This document shows, piece after piece, positions 46,352 through 55,451 of a DNA stretch of 64,000 nucleotides. The DNA lies in assembly GCA_000431795.1 (NCBI GenBank), contig FR887368.1, positions 90,291 through 154,290 on the forward strand, given 5' to 3'. Position 1 is the stretch's first letter. Every line of letters begins with the position of its first letter. The position numbers and the translations under genes are program-made. Source of the stretch: Clostridium sp. CAG:302. GTDB taxonomy: Bacteria; Bacillota_I; Bacilli_A; RF39; UBA660. The notes beneath the pieces are model-generated. The model was not told the origin of the DNA and searched no databases. It saw nothing but the letters and a program-made list of their open reading frames with translations.

Positions 46352-47548
46352 TTATCTACTGAAATATCCTCCGCCACTATAATATAGAGCAGGGAAATTT
46401 ATTATGTTTCTTGGATTAAATGAATTAGCATTAAAATTATAAGCATTATGTCCATAAGCCATACCAAAGTGTAAGTGAGCTCCTGTTGTACAATTATCAT
46501 ATGACTGAGTAGAATATCCTCCTACCTCACCTATCTTTGTCTGTGGAGTTACTACTTGATCTACAGATACTGATATTCTAAGTAAATGTAGGTATACTGT
46601 AGTATAAGGAATACCATTAACATTATGATATACCCATACTTGGTTACCACCACAACTTGAATAATTAACTATTCTAGCTACTACTCCGTTAGCAGCAGGA
46701 TATGCTGTTGTTCCTTCACTGACACAGTCTAAGTCAATACCATGGTGTCCACCACCACCAGACCAGTCTTCTCTAATGTTGTATCCCGTGTATTCACTAG
46801 TTACACAACCCCAATTAAGTGGGTAACTCCAACCTGTTGCTGTTATAGTAACATTACCACTATTATATTTTCTACCACAAGTAGATATTTCTTCATTATT
46901 TTTACATCCTTTAGCGGTTAATCTAGATATCTCAGCTTTCATGTCCCTTATATCTTCTTCAATAGTAGTTCCCTCTTCTTTATAATTTGATAAATTAGCT
47001 CTTAAAGTGATTAGTTTTGAATTTAAACTATTACTTTCTGTTTCAAGATTACTTCTTTTTGTAGATAATTCTGATTTCTTTTTTTCTAATTCTTCTACTA
47101 ATTTAGTTAATTCATTCATTAGATTATCATTATACTCAGTAAGCTGAGAAGCTACAGAATATCTATATATAAAATCGGTGTAAGAGTCTGCTTGAAAGAT
47201 ATATTCTAAATAAACATTTTCTCCCGATGATACTTGAAGAAATTTTAGTAGTTCATCTGTTTCATCTTTCTTTTCTTCTATCTTTTTTTGATTAGTATTA
47301 ATATCATCTTCAGTTTTTTTAATATCACTCTTAATACTATTTACCTTACCAGTAATAACATTAATCTCACTAGTTAATGATACTATTTGTTCATCAGTTA
47401 ACTTCTTATTATTTTTATTTTCTTCATACTTAGCTTCTAGGTTAGATAATTCTTTTCTTAAGTCTCCTAGTGTCTTAGCCTCTACTTTATATGTTGGTAT
47501 AAGTACTATTATAAATAATGTTATAAAAATTATTATCTTCTTATTCAT
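46352..47548 (-). CDS. secreted coiled-coil M23 family metallopeptidase
   Basis: Signal peptide, about 200 aa of coiled coil, and a C-terminal GGGHHGIDLD ... GAHLHFGM (HxxxD / HxH). Confidence 0.8.
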   Translation of the reverse strand: MNKKIIIFITLFIIVLIPTYKVEAKTLGDLRKELSNLEAKYEENKNNKKLTDEQIVSLTSEINVITGKVNSIKSDIKKTEDDINTNQKKIEEKKDETDELLKFLQVSSGENVYLEYIFQADSYTDFIYRYSVASQLTEYNDNLMNELTKLVEELEKKKSELSTKRSNLETESNSLNSKLITLRANLSNYKEEGTTIEEDIRDMKAEISRLTAKGCKNNEEISTCGRKYNSGNVTITATGWSYPLNWGCVTSEYTGYNIREDWSGGGGHHGIDLDCVSEGTTAYPAANGVVARIVNYSSCGGNQVWVYHNVNGIPYTTVYLHLLRISVSVDQVVTPQTKIGEVGGYSTQSYDNCTTGAHLHFGMAYGHNAYNFNANSFNPRNIINFPALYYSGGGYFSR

Positions 47549-47638
47549 TCATATCACATCTTTCATTATAATTATATATTAAATATTTTTTTTAGTCAAT
47601 TAATTTGATTTATTTTACATTATTTAACACTAGCATAG

Positions 47639-47676
47639 CAAAAAATGATTTTTAGTATTTATAACCAAAAATCATT
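47639..47676 (-). terminator. topA intrinsic terminator
   Basis: 10-bp stem AATGATTTTT/AAAAATCATT followed by TTTTGC on the minus strand. Confidence 0.65.
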
Positions 47677-47707
47677 CTTATTTTAATAAATCCCTATTAA
47701 TTACAGC

Positions 47708-49750
47708 TTAGCCATTATCTTTTTCATAATCACAGTTCATACACTTAATTTTATCTTTCTTTTCAACTAAAGTTCCATGACAATTAGGACATTTTTCTTC
47801 AAGAGGTTTATCCCAAGTAGCAAAATCACACTTAGGATAGTTCAAGCAGCCATAAAATATTTTACCTCTTTTAGTCTTCTTCTCAACTACTTTACCATCA
47901 CATTTAGGACAGTCCATTATTTCTACTACTTTTTTCTCTTCTTTGTCATTTTTTATATACTTACAAGTAGGATAGTTCGAGCAGGCAACAAACTTACCAT
48001 ATCTACTTTGTTTTATAACTAACTCACTACCACAATTAGGACATATCTCTCCAGTCTTTTCAGGAGCCTTCTTTTCCATCTCCTTGAAGGCGACTTCCAC
48101 TTTAGGTTCAAAGTCATCATAAAACATTTTAAGTAGTTTATACCACTCCATATCACCTTCAGCAATCTTATCAAGATCATCTTCCATATTCTTAGTATAT
48201 TCAACATTAATAATATCTTTAAAGAATTCTTGTAACTTATCAGTAGTTTCAATACCAATTTCGGTAGGAATAAACTTCTTATCTTCTACTTTAACATAAT
48301 TTCTTTCTTTAATAGTATCAATGGTTTTAGCATAAGTAGAAGGTCTACCAATACCAAGTTCTTCCATTTCTTTAATTAATTTACTTTCTGTGTATCTAGC
48401 AGGAGGTTTAGTAGTATGTGAAGAATATTCTATCTTATTAGATACAATAACATTACTATTATAAGTACTAAAGTCAGGAAGTACTGTATCTTCACTATCT
48501 TCATAAATATTATATACTTTTAAATATCCATCAAAAATAAGTACTTGACCAGTAGTTTTAAACTGATAATTATTATTATCAAGTATAACAGTAGTAGCCT
48601 CTACCTTAGCGTCTTTCATTAGTGATGCTAAAGCTCTATAATAAATAATCTTATATAGTTTATATTCATCATTAGATAAATATTCTTTTATCTTATCAGG
48701 ATGTCTATTAATTGATGTTGGTCTAATAGCCTCATGAGCATCTTGAACATTCTCAGTCTTAGTACTTTTCTTTACATAACCAACATATTCACTACCAAAG
48801 TTATCTTTAATATATCCATAAGTTTCTTTAACAAATTCATCAGAAAGTCTTACCGAATCTGTTCTCATATAAGAAATCAAACCGACAGTCTCACTACCTA
48901 AATCAATACCTTCATATAACTTTTGAGCAATACTCATAGTCTTTTTTGAAGTAAATCCCAGTTTATTAGAGGCCTCCTGCTGTAGTGTACTCGTAGTAAA
49001 AGGAAACTTACTCTTCTTAGCCTTTTCTTTTTTATCAACACTCTCTATCTTAAAAGCATTAGATAGCTTACTTAATATTTCTTTAGCCTCTACTTCTTTC
49101 TTAATCTCAATCTTTTTATGATTATAAGTATCAAGCTTAGCGCTAAAGTCATTAAAATAAGCATCTATCTCAAAATATTCTTCTGGTATAAAAGCTTCAA
49201 TTTCTCTTTCTCTATCTACGATTAACTTAAGAGCCACTGACTGAACTCTACCCGCAGACTTTCCACCAGTCTTAGACTGCATAAGTTTACTAAGTCTAAA
49301 ACCAATAATTCTATCTAGAATTCTTCTTGTCTCCTGTGACTTAACTAAATTATCATCTATTTTTCTAGCTTTAGCAAAAGAATCTAAAACAGCCTTCTTA
49401 GTTATTTCATTAAATACTATACGATCATAATCTTTATCCGTAAGACCTAAAGTATCATATAAATGCCAACTAATAGCCTCTCCTTCACGATCGGGGTCGG
49501 TTGCTAAATAAACAAAGTCTGAATCTTTAACATCTTTCTTTAATTCTTTTACTATTTTATTTTTACCCTTTATAATTTGATAATCAGGTTTAAAATTATT
49601 ATCAATATCAACACCAAAACCAAACTTCCCAGAAGTAGATAAATCTCTAATATGTCCTACTGAAGATACTACTTTATATTCACTTCCTAAATATTTTTCT
49701 ATTGTTTTACTCTTATGTGGGGACTCCACTATTACTAATTTCTTTGCCAT
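47708..49750 (-). CDS. topA: DNA topoisomerase I
   Basis: MAKKLVIVESPHKSKTIEKYLG, Toprim DPDREGEAISWH, active-site region SYMRTDS, and C-terminal CxxC zinc ribbons. The ATG at 49750 follows AAAGGAAAGGA. Confidence 0.95.
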   Translation of the reverse strand: MAKKLVIVESPHKSKTIEKYLGSEYKVVSSVGHIRDLSTSGKFGFGVDIDNNFKPDYQIIKGKNKIVKELKKDVKDSDFVYLATDPDREGEAISWHLYDTLGLTDKDYDRIVFNEITKKAVLDSFAKARKIDDNLVKSQETRRILDRIIGFRLSKLMQSKTGGKSAGRVQSVALKLIVDREREIEAFIPEEYFEIDAYFNDFSAKLDTYNHKKIEIKKEVEAKEILSKLSNAFKIESVDKKEKAKKSKFPFTTSTLQQEASNKLGFTSKKTMSIAQKLYEGIDLGSETVGLISYMRTDSVRLSDEFVKETYGYIKDNFGSEYVGYVKKSTKTENVQDAHEAIRPTSINRHPDKIKEYLSNDEYKLYKIIYYRALASLMKDAKVEATTVILDNNNYQFKTTGQVLIFDGYLKVYNIYEDSEDTVLPDFSTYNSNVIVSNKIEYSSHTTKPPARYTESKLIKEMEELGIGRPSTYAKTIDTIKERNYVKVEDKKFIPTEIGIETTDKLQEFFKDIINVEYTKNMEDDLDKIAEGDMEWYKLLKMFYDDFEPKVEVAFKEMEKKAPEKTGEICPNCGSELVIKQSRYGKFVACSNYPTCKYIKNDKEEKKVVEIMDCPKCDGKVVEKKTKRGKIFYGCLNYPKCDFATWDKPLEEKCPNCHGTLVEKKDKIKCMNCDYEKDNG

Positions 49751-49937
49751 AGAATCCTTTCCTTTCTGTAACATTATATACTACTTTATTAGTAAATTGC
49801 AAGTACTTTTTTTATTTTCACACAATATAACATAAATAGCTTCCTTATAAAGGAAGCTACTATATATATAAACACAAGCTAATGCTCATGACACTATATA
49901 TTATGCTATTTATTATGAAATAGTTCATATTTTTAAT

Positions 49938-50738
49938 CTATTCTGTAAGTAATTCTTCTATAGGTACAATCATATATCCTTTACTATTAATATACTTAAC
50001 TATAATATCAAGATTATTCATATCATTAAGAAGTATTATGCTACCATTAGTTAAATTATTCTTAATATCCAAATAATCGCCAACTATACTAGGTATTACA
50101 ACATACATCTTCTTCTTATTACAAATACTCAAAGTATCATTATTTTTCTCCATACTTAGACAATATATAGATTTATTCTTACTAATTCTATTAATAATTG
50201 TATTATCGTTATCAAGTATTTCTTCACTATATATACCATTATTACCATAAGTATAAATACTATTCTTATTAATCTTTTTAATATTATTTATAGATACATC
50301 TTTATGATTTAAAAATATTGTAATATTATTATTCTTAATCTTATCAATATTATCATAATTAGTAATAACAAGTAAGGACACTCTATTACTGGAGGTATTA
50401 CCTCCTATAATATATTTATCCATATTATTAGATAACATCTCACTAGGTAATATATCATTATATACAAGATAATCCTCTCTAAAGATACCACTTACTTTCA
50501 TATTCTCATAACTCTTATCAAGATCTACACTTTTTCCCTTAACTCCAGGAATAATAGTATTACTATCAAGTACTGCATTAACAGGAAGGACTTCATATTT
50601 ATCTTTTAATAAGTCTATCTTATTCATAAGTGGATCTTTCTTATTAATAAAATTCATTACTCTATCTGTATAAAAAAAACTAAATAGTACAAGTACTAAT
50701 AACGATACCATTTTAAATATATTCTTCAAGATAATCAC
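49938..50738 (-). CDS. membrane-anchored protein of unknown function
   Basis: N-terminal TM plus about 230 aa of soluble domain. There is a vague resemblance to a degenerate polysaccharide-deacetylase fold, not supportable by motif. Confidence 0.4.
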   Translation of the reverse strand: MIILKNIFKMVSLLVLVLFSFFYTDRVMNFINKKDPLMNKIDLLKDKYEVLPVNAVLDSNTIIPGVKGKSVDLDKSYENMKVSGIFREDYLVYNDILPSEMLSNNMDKYIIGGNTSSNRVSLLVITNYDNIDKIKNNNITIFLNHKDVSINNIKKINKNSIYTYGNNGIYSEEILDNDNTIINRISKNKSIYCLSMEKNNDTLSICNKKKMYVVIPSIVGDYLDIKNNLTNGSIILLNDMNNLDIIVKYINSKGYMIVPIEELLTE

Positions 50739-50789
50739 CTAATAATATATATGAATTAAAAAATAAAAGTACTACTTAAAATAGCACTT

Positions 50790-51236
50790 TTATTTCTTTG
50801 CTTGTTTTAAAGCATTGCTTGCAGCTTCATATAAAGCATCAATTTTAATAGTACAACCACTTACTGCGTCAGTTTTACCATCTTCATCTAACTTTAGACT
50901 ATCAATACCTTGGTTTTTAACAATATAGTCCTCAAGAGCCTTAACCTGAGTATCCCATTCACCAATAGTACTTCCATAAGGATTATTATACATACCATAT
51001 TCACTGCCTAAAGCTTTTTTAGTAGTCTTAACACCATCTTTAGTATAAGTAGTATCAAGTTCTACACTAGTAATCTTACCATTACTATCAACAGTAACAG
51101 TAGCAGTAGCAGTATTATCTTGTCCACCATAACTATCAGTAGCAGTACCAGTATATATACCTTCTTTATATCCCTTTGCACAGCCTCCTAGTAGTAGTAG
51201 ACTAACCATACTAAGTACAATTATCTTCTTTTTCAT
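50790..51236 (-). CDS. FMN-binding domain lipoprotein
   Basis: Lipobox LGGC; GIYTGTATDSYGG...VTVDSNGKITSVELD...DAVSGCT resembles FMN_bind with the flavinylation Thr in an S-G-x-T context. Confidence 0.6.
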   Translation of the reverse strand: MKKKIIVLSMVSLLLLGGCAKGYKEGIYTGTATDSYGGQDNTATATVTVDSNGKITSVELDTTYTKDGVKTTKKALGSEYGMYNNPYGSTIGEWDTQVKALEDYIVKNQGIDSLKLDEDGKTDAVSGCTIKIDALYEAASNALKQAKK

Positions 51237-51295
51237 ATTTCCTCCTACTATCTAATTATAAAACATTTTAATTACTTTGACTAGTATTTTTTATT

Positions 51296-51604
51296 TTATT
51301 TATTAAATTTGTTTCTAATAAATATTCTTATTCTATTACTAATACTAGGCTTTCTATATATAATAGTTAACACTAGTATCAAAAGGCAAAAGATAAATTC
51401 AGTAGTAGTAACCACTTTAAGCATAAATTCATTACTACATAAAATAGCATATAAAAAGTATGACAAACTACTTATTACCCATAATATCCATGAAGAAATA
51501 CTAAGATCACTAGCAGTTTTATTTCTAAGTATTTTTATAGTCTGAGGTAAATAAGAAAAGAAAGTGCTAATCGTAGCTATTCCAAGTAAAATATTAACTA
51601 ACAT
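51296..51604 (-). CDS. PQ-loop / SemiSWEET-like small transporter
   Basis: 102 aa, three TM helices, and a FFSYLPQTIKILRNK PQ motif. Confidence 0.65.
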   Translation of the reverse strand: MLVNILLGIATISTFFSYLPQTIKILRNKTASDLSISSWILWVISSLSYFLYAILCSNEFMLKVVTTTEFIFCLLILVLTIIYRKPSISNRIRIFIRNKFNK

Positions 51605-51612
51605 AACTTCGC

Positions 51613-52077
51613 CTACACTACTTTTTTTAACATATTAGTAACCATATCAATTACTAATTTCTTATTATCTTCTCTATTATCACAAATAGCCTTTACTATT
51701 TCATTATAATAGTTATTATTATCTCTATCATAAATACTAATATAAACAATATTATCTTCACCATATAAATTAAATTTATCTACTCTATTTAATTTGCCAG
51801 TAACACCAATACCATAATTAGAATTAGTATAATTACTAATATTTTTACTCATTTCATTACTAGTCTCAGCACTATAGACAGTATATTTATCAATAATATT
51901 ACTACTTACTCCCATTTTAATTTTATATTCATTAGAATAAGTAACTGCTCCAAACTTAAATACTTCACTAGATCCCTCGATATTAGTAATAGCATTAGCT
52001 ATACCACCGCCAGTACAAGATTCCATTGTACTAATAGTTTTATTCTTTTCAGTTAATAATTTAATAACTTCATTCAT
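51613..52077 (-). CDS. pncC: CinA C-terminal domain protein (nicotinamide-nucleotide amidohydrolase PncC-like)
   Basis: TISTMESCTGGGIANAITNIEGSSEVF..GAVTYSNE. Confidence 0.8.
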   Translation of the reverse strand: MNEVIKLLTEKNKTISTMESCTGGGIANAITNIEGSSEVFKFGAVTYSNEYKIKMGVSSNIIDKYTVYSAETSNEMSKNISNYTNSNYGIGVTGKLNRVDKFNLYGEDNIVYISIYDRDNNNYYNEIVKAICDNREDNKKLVIDMVTNMLKKVV

Positions 52078-52080
52078 ACT

Positions 52081-52581
52081 CTAATTCCTTCCTATATTCT
52101 TTGTATTATCTATAAGTTTTTTAGATACTATTCCCACGATTATACCCGTAGGAATAGAAAATATTAATAAATATGGTAAATAATAGGTAATATTATAATT
52201 ATTAAGTACTAATATTCCTACAAGTACTTGTCCTATACTATGAAATATACTACCTACTATTGATACACCAATTATAGATAATTTAGTTTTCTTAACTAGT
52301 ACCATAGCTATTATACTAAATAATGCTCCTGATAAAGAAAAGAAAAAATTAATACCAAAGCCTGTTCTGAGTAAGGCTACAATTAATACTCTAATAAGTG
52401 ATACCATAATTGAAGTCTTAAAGCCATATTTATATAAAACATATATTATAACAATATTTGATAAACCAAGTTTTAATCCTGGTATAAAATCACTAATAAA
52501 AGTAAAATAACTCTCTATAATAGAAATAACTACACTTATTGCGGTCATTATTCCTATTACTGTAATATCTCTTGTTTTCAT
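52081..52581 (-). CDS. Gx transporter family membrane protein (heptaprenyl diphosphate synthase component I-like)
   Basis: 166 aa, 5 TM, PGLKLGLSNIVIIYVLY. Classic neighbour of NusG_II and ApbE genes. Confidence 0.65.
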   Translation of the reverse strand: MKTRDITVIGIMTAISVVISIIESYFTFISDFIPGLKLGLSNIVIIYVLYKYGFKTSIMVSLIRVLIVALLRTGFGINFFFSLSGALFSIIAMVLVKKTKLSIIGVSIVGSIFHSIGQVLVGILVLNNYNITYYLPYLLIFSIPTGIIVGIVSKKLIDNTKNIGRN

Positions 52582-52952
52582 TAGTATACAACACCATCCA
52601 TATCACTGCTTTGTACTATCTTAATAACAACTTTATTAGGTAAGCAGATAAGAGGTTTGGTACTATCACTAATATATCCTTCTTTGCTACATATATTTTT
52701 CGGAGAGTTTTCTTTTACTACTCTAACCTTTTTGTCTTTTATTTCAATTACTACATTACCAAGAAGTCCCTCTACCGTATAAATATTATTGATAGAAAGA
52801 TCAGCACTAAGTACTAAATCATCTTTATAATATACTTCTACTGTATCTCCCTCTTTTTTATTAAGATTAATGATAAGTATAAGAATTCCTACTATAACAA
52901 GAATAACTATAATTAATTTAATATCATTTTTATTCATAATTAAAATTATCAC
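52581..52952 (-). CDS. NusG domain II-containing protein (DUF1312)
   Basis: N-terminal TM, GNVVIEIKDKKVRVVKENSPKNICSKEGYIS...LICLPNKVVIKI. Confidence 0.7.
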   Translation of the reverse strand: MIILIMNKNDIKLIIVILVIVGILILIINLNKKEGDTVEVYYKDDLVLSADLSINNIYTVEGLLGNVVIEIKDKKVRVVKENSPKNICSKEGYISDSTKPLICLPNKVVIKIVQSSDMDGVVY

Positions 52953-53946
52953 TTCTAACTATATTATCTTTATCTACATACCATATAGCCTCTATGTCAG
53001 GATTATTATTAACTATCTTTAGTCCGTCTTCTACTGGAAGTAGGAATAAATAAGTACTATAAATATCTGCCAATATTGAACTCTTACCAACTACTGTAAC
53101 AGACTTCATATAATTACTAGGATATTTAGTTATAGGATTAATAATATGATTATAATTAATACCATCTAAAGTACAATACCTTTGATAACTACCTGAAGTA
53201 ACTATTGATAAATTATTAACTTTAACCTTAGTAAACATATCATCTTTATTATCAGGACTAGTAATACCTACTAGAAAAGTATCTTTATTATAAGCCTTAC
53301 CAACCATCACATTACCACCAGCATTAATAATATAAGAATGAATATCGTTTTCTTCTAAGTATCTACCTACCAATTCAGTAACATAACCTTTAGCAATACC
53401 ACCCAAATCTAATTTAACATCATTACTCTTACTATAATTATTACCATCTAGCTTAATATCATTAATATTAGTATTAACATTAAGTTCTTCCGTACTAGGA
53501 AGGGTATTACAAGAATCAATAAACTCTTTCCATTTTATTGTTAAATTACCCGCAGCCACATTAAATAATCCATCAGTAGTGTCATAAAAATCTATACCAA
53601 GCTTAATAATATTAGCAAGTCTAGTATCTATTTCAATATTCTCATTATTATTAAGATTATTGTTTAAATAATAAACATTAACTATACCATCATAACTATC
53701 AAAAGCATCAGTAAGTTTATGATAACTATCATATAAATAATCTATATCATTAAATATATCATTCATTTCTCTTTCACTTTTAACAGTATTTACCTTAACA
53801 TTAATATAAGTATCAAAATAAAAATAATTTCTAGTATAATCTTTATAAGAACTCTTATCTATAAATAATAGTATTAAACTAACTAACACTAACAATAAAA
53901 TAACAATTAATATCTTTTTTAAACTTTTATTTTTCATATTCATCAC
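52930..53946 (-). CDS. apbE: FAD:protein FMN transferase ApbE
   Basis: LDLGGIAKGY, INAGGNV, and a TSGSYQRY-type motif. Confidence 0.85.
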   Translation of the reverse strand: MMNMKNKSLKKILIVILLLVLVSLILLFIDKSSYKDYTRNYFYFDTYINVKVNTVKSEREMNDIFNDIDYLYDSYHKLTDAFDSYDGIVNVYYLNNNLNNNENIEIDTRLANIIKLGIDFYDTTDGLFNVAAGNLTIKWKEFIDSCNTLPSTEELNVNTNINDIKLDGNNYSKSNDVKLDLGGIAKGYVTELVGRYLEENDIHSYIINAGGNVMVGKAYNKDTFLVGITSPDNKDDMFTKVKVNNLSIVTSGSYQRYCTLDGINYNHIINPITKYPSNYMKSVTVVGKSSILADIYSTYLFLLPVEDGLKIVNNNPDIEAIWYVDKDNIVRSDNFNYE

Positions 53947-53993
53947 AATATAATTGTATCAAATTATAGATAAAAAGTAAATCATATTTTATT

Positions 53994-54047
53994 CCTTTAG
54001 AGCCTGTAGTCTCTAAAGGCGCAAGAAAGCCTAAGGTCTTTCTTACG
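53994..54047 (+). repeat. two tandem hairpins with CCTGTAGT / CCTAAGGT loops (plus-strand orientation)
   Basis: 53994..54019 has stem CCTTTAGAG/CTCTAAAGG. 54020..54047 has stem CGCAAGAAAG/CTTTCTTACG with one mismatch. They lie between a terminator and the apbE start, in the opposite orientation to the 42552..42637 set. Confidence 0.75.
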
Positions 54048-54127
54048 AAGCATTATAGAATTAAAAAAGAGAAGCATAAAACACTTATGTTTCTCTTTCT
54101 CATTAATCATAATGATACTATATTATA

Positions 54128-55441
54128 TTAAGCAAATTTAGTTTTATGCTTCTTTTTCTTCATTAAAACAATTGTAAATGTAATAACGGTCGTAGCAAGT
54201 ACTACTAAAGATAGTAAGAAATATAATAAATAGCTATCAGCCTTCTCCTTATAAGCAAGCATCATATTAGTATTAAATCTCTGAATAGTGCCCTCTAGTT
54301 TATCATAAACATAAGTACTAGTTTCTCCAGTAGTTTCATTAACAGCATATAATAAGTAAAAATCACTACCTTTAACACTTTCATCAGCAGCATAAGTACC
54401 ACTCTTATCAATTAATTGATATCCATCTAACTTATTATTTTCATATTTAAATGATACTTTAGAATAACCACTTGGTATTTTATCATTTGGCATAGTAATA
54501 ATATTTAAATATAATCCTCCTATTTTATATCCATTATATGAAGTATATTTCTTAGTCTTTTCATCATAAGAATAGAACTTAGCTTCTCCCTTTTCATCCT
54601 TAAGACCTATTAATATATTATTAGTCTTAGTATTTTTATAACAAAGAATATCATCCTCTCCTATCTTAATTGAAGACTTTTCATAATTTTCTGGAATATT
54701 CTCAATTACACCTTCTTTTCTAACTATTGTATATTTCTTTTTATTAATAGTCACTTCAATTGGATCTAACTCCTTAACAGTAACATTAATAATATAAACT
54801 CTCTCATTACCATTTTCTGCAGTTACTTTTACTTCTAACTTATTAGTACCTTCACTAATACTAACTTCTCCATCACCAGATACTTTAGCTTTAGTATCCT
54901 CTAAAGAAGTTTTAATATTAACTTTTTCAGTACCATTAGGTACTTCAATACTATACTCATTAGTATCTTTATTAAAATCAATAGTATAACCTTCAATTTC
55001 CAAAGATTTTAAATAGTTATTACTACTATAAGTTTTTGGAGGTATATATACTGGTTCACTAACTTTAATACTAATTGTTTTATCTCCTAGATTTTGCCAG
55101 CTATCACTAGCCATATTCGTAATTCTACTTGAAGTAACACTACAAGATATTGTACCAGAACTACTAGGTTTAACTGTTGTACTATATGACTTAGAATAAA
55201 CACTATTACTACTATCATCAAAAGCCATATCTACTCCAGAAGATACTCCAGCCCCTTTACACATAAGTGTACCTTCGATACTTACTAGAGGACTATCACT
55301 ACTAACAGTAGCAGTTACAGTTACACTATTACCTCTAGTTATTGAAGTATTACTTGCTTTAATACTAACACTCGCAGCATTAACTACACTGCTAAATAAT
55401 ATAAAACTAATTAAACTAACAATAATATATTTCTTTTTCAT
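54128..55441 (-). CDS. secreted, C-terminally anchored protein with a cadherin-like beta-sandwich domain
   Basis: Signal peptide; NNYLKSLEIEGYTIDFNKDTNEYSIEVPNGTEKVNIK...VKVTAENGNERVYIINVTV; C-terminal TM plus KKKKHKTKFA. Confidence 0.6.
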   Translation of the reverse strand: MKKKYIIVSLISFILFSSVVNAASVSIKASNTSITRGNSVTVTATVSSDSPLVSIEGTLMCKGAGVSSGVDMAFDDSSNSVYSKSYSTTVKPSSSGTISCSVTSSRITNMASDSWQNLGDKTISIKVSEPVYIPPKTYSSNNYLKSLEIEGYTIDFNKDTNEYSIEVPNGTEKVNIKTSLEDTKAKVSGDGEVSISEGTNKLEVKVTAENGNERVYIINVTVKELDPIEVTINKKKYTIVRKEGVIENIPENYEKSSIKIGEDDILCYKNTKTNNILIGLKDEKGEAKFYSYDEKTKKYTSYNGYKIGGLYLNIITMPNDKIPSGYSKVSFKYENNKLDGYQLIDKSGTYAADESVKGSDFYLLYAVNETTGETSTYVYDKLEGTIQRFNTNMMLAYKEKADSYLLYFLLSLVVLATTVITFTIVLMKKKKHKTKFA

Positions 55442-55451
55442 TTTTACTCCT

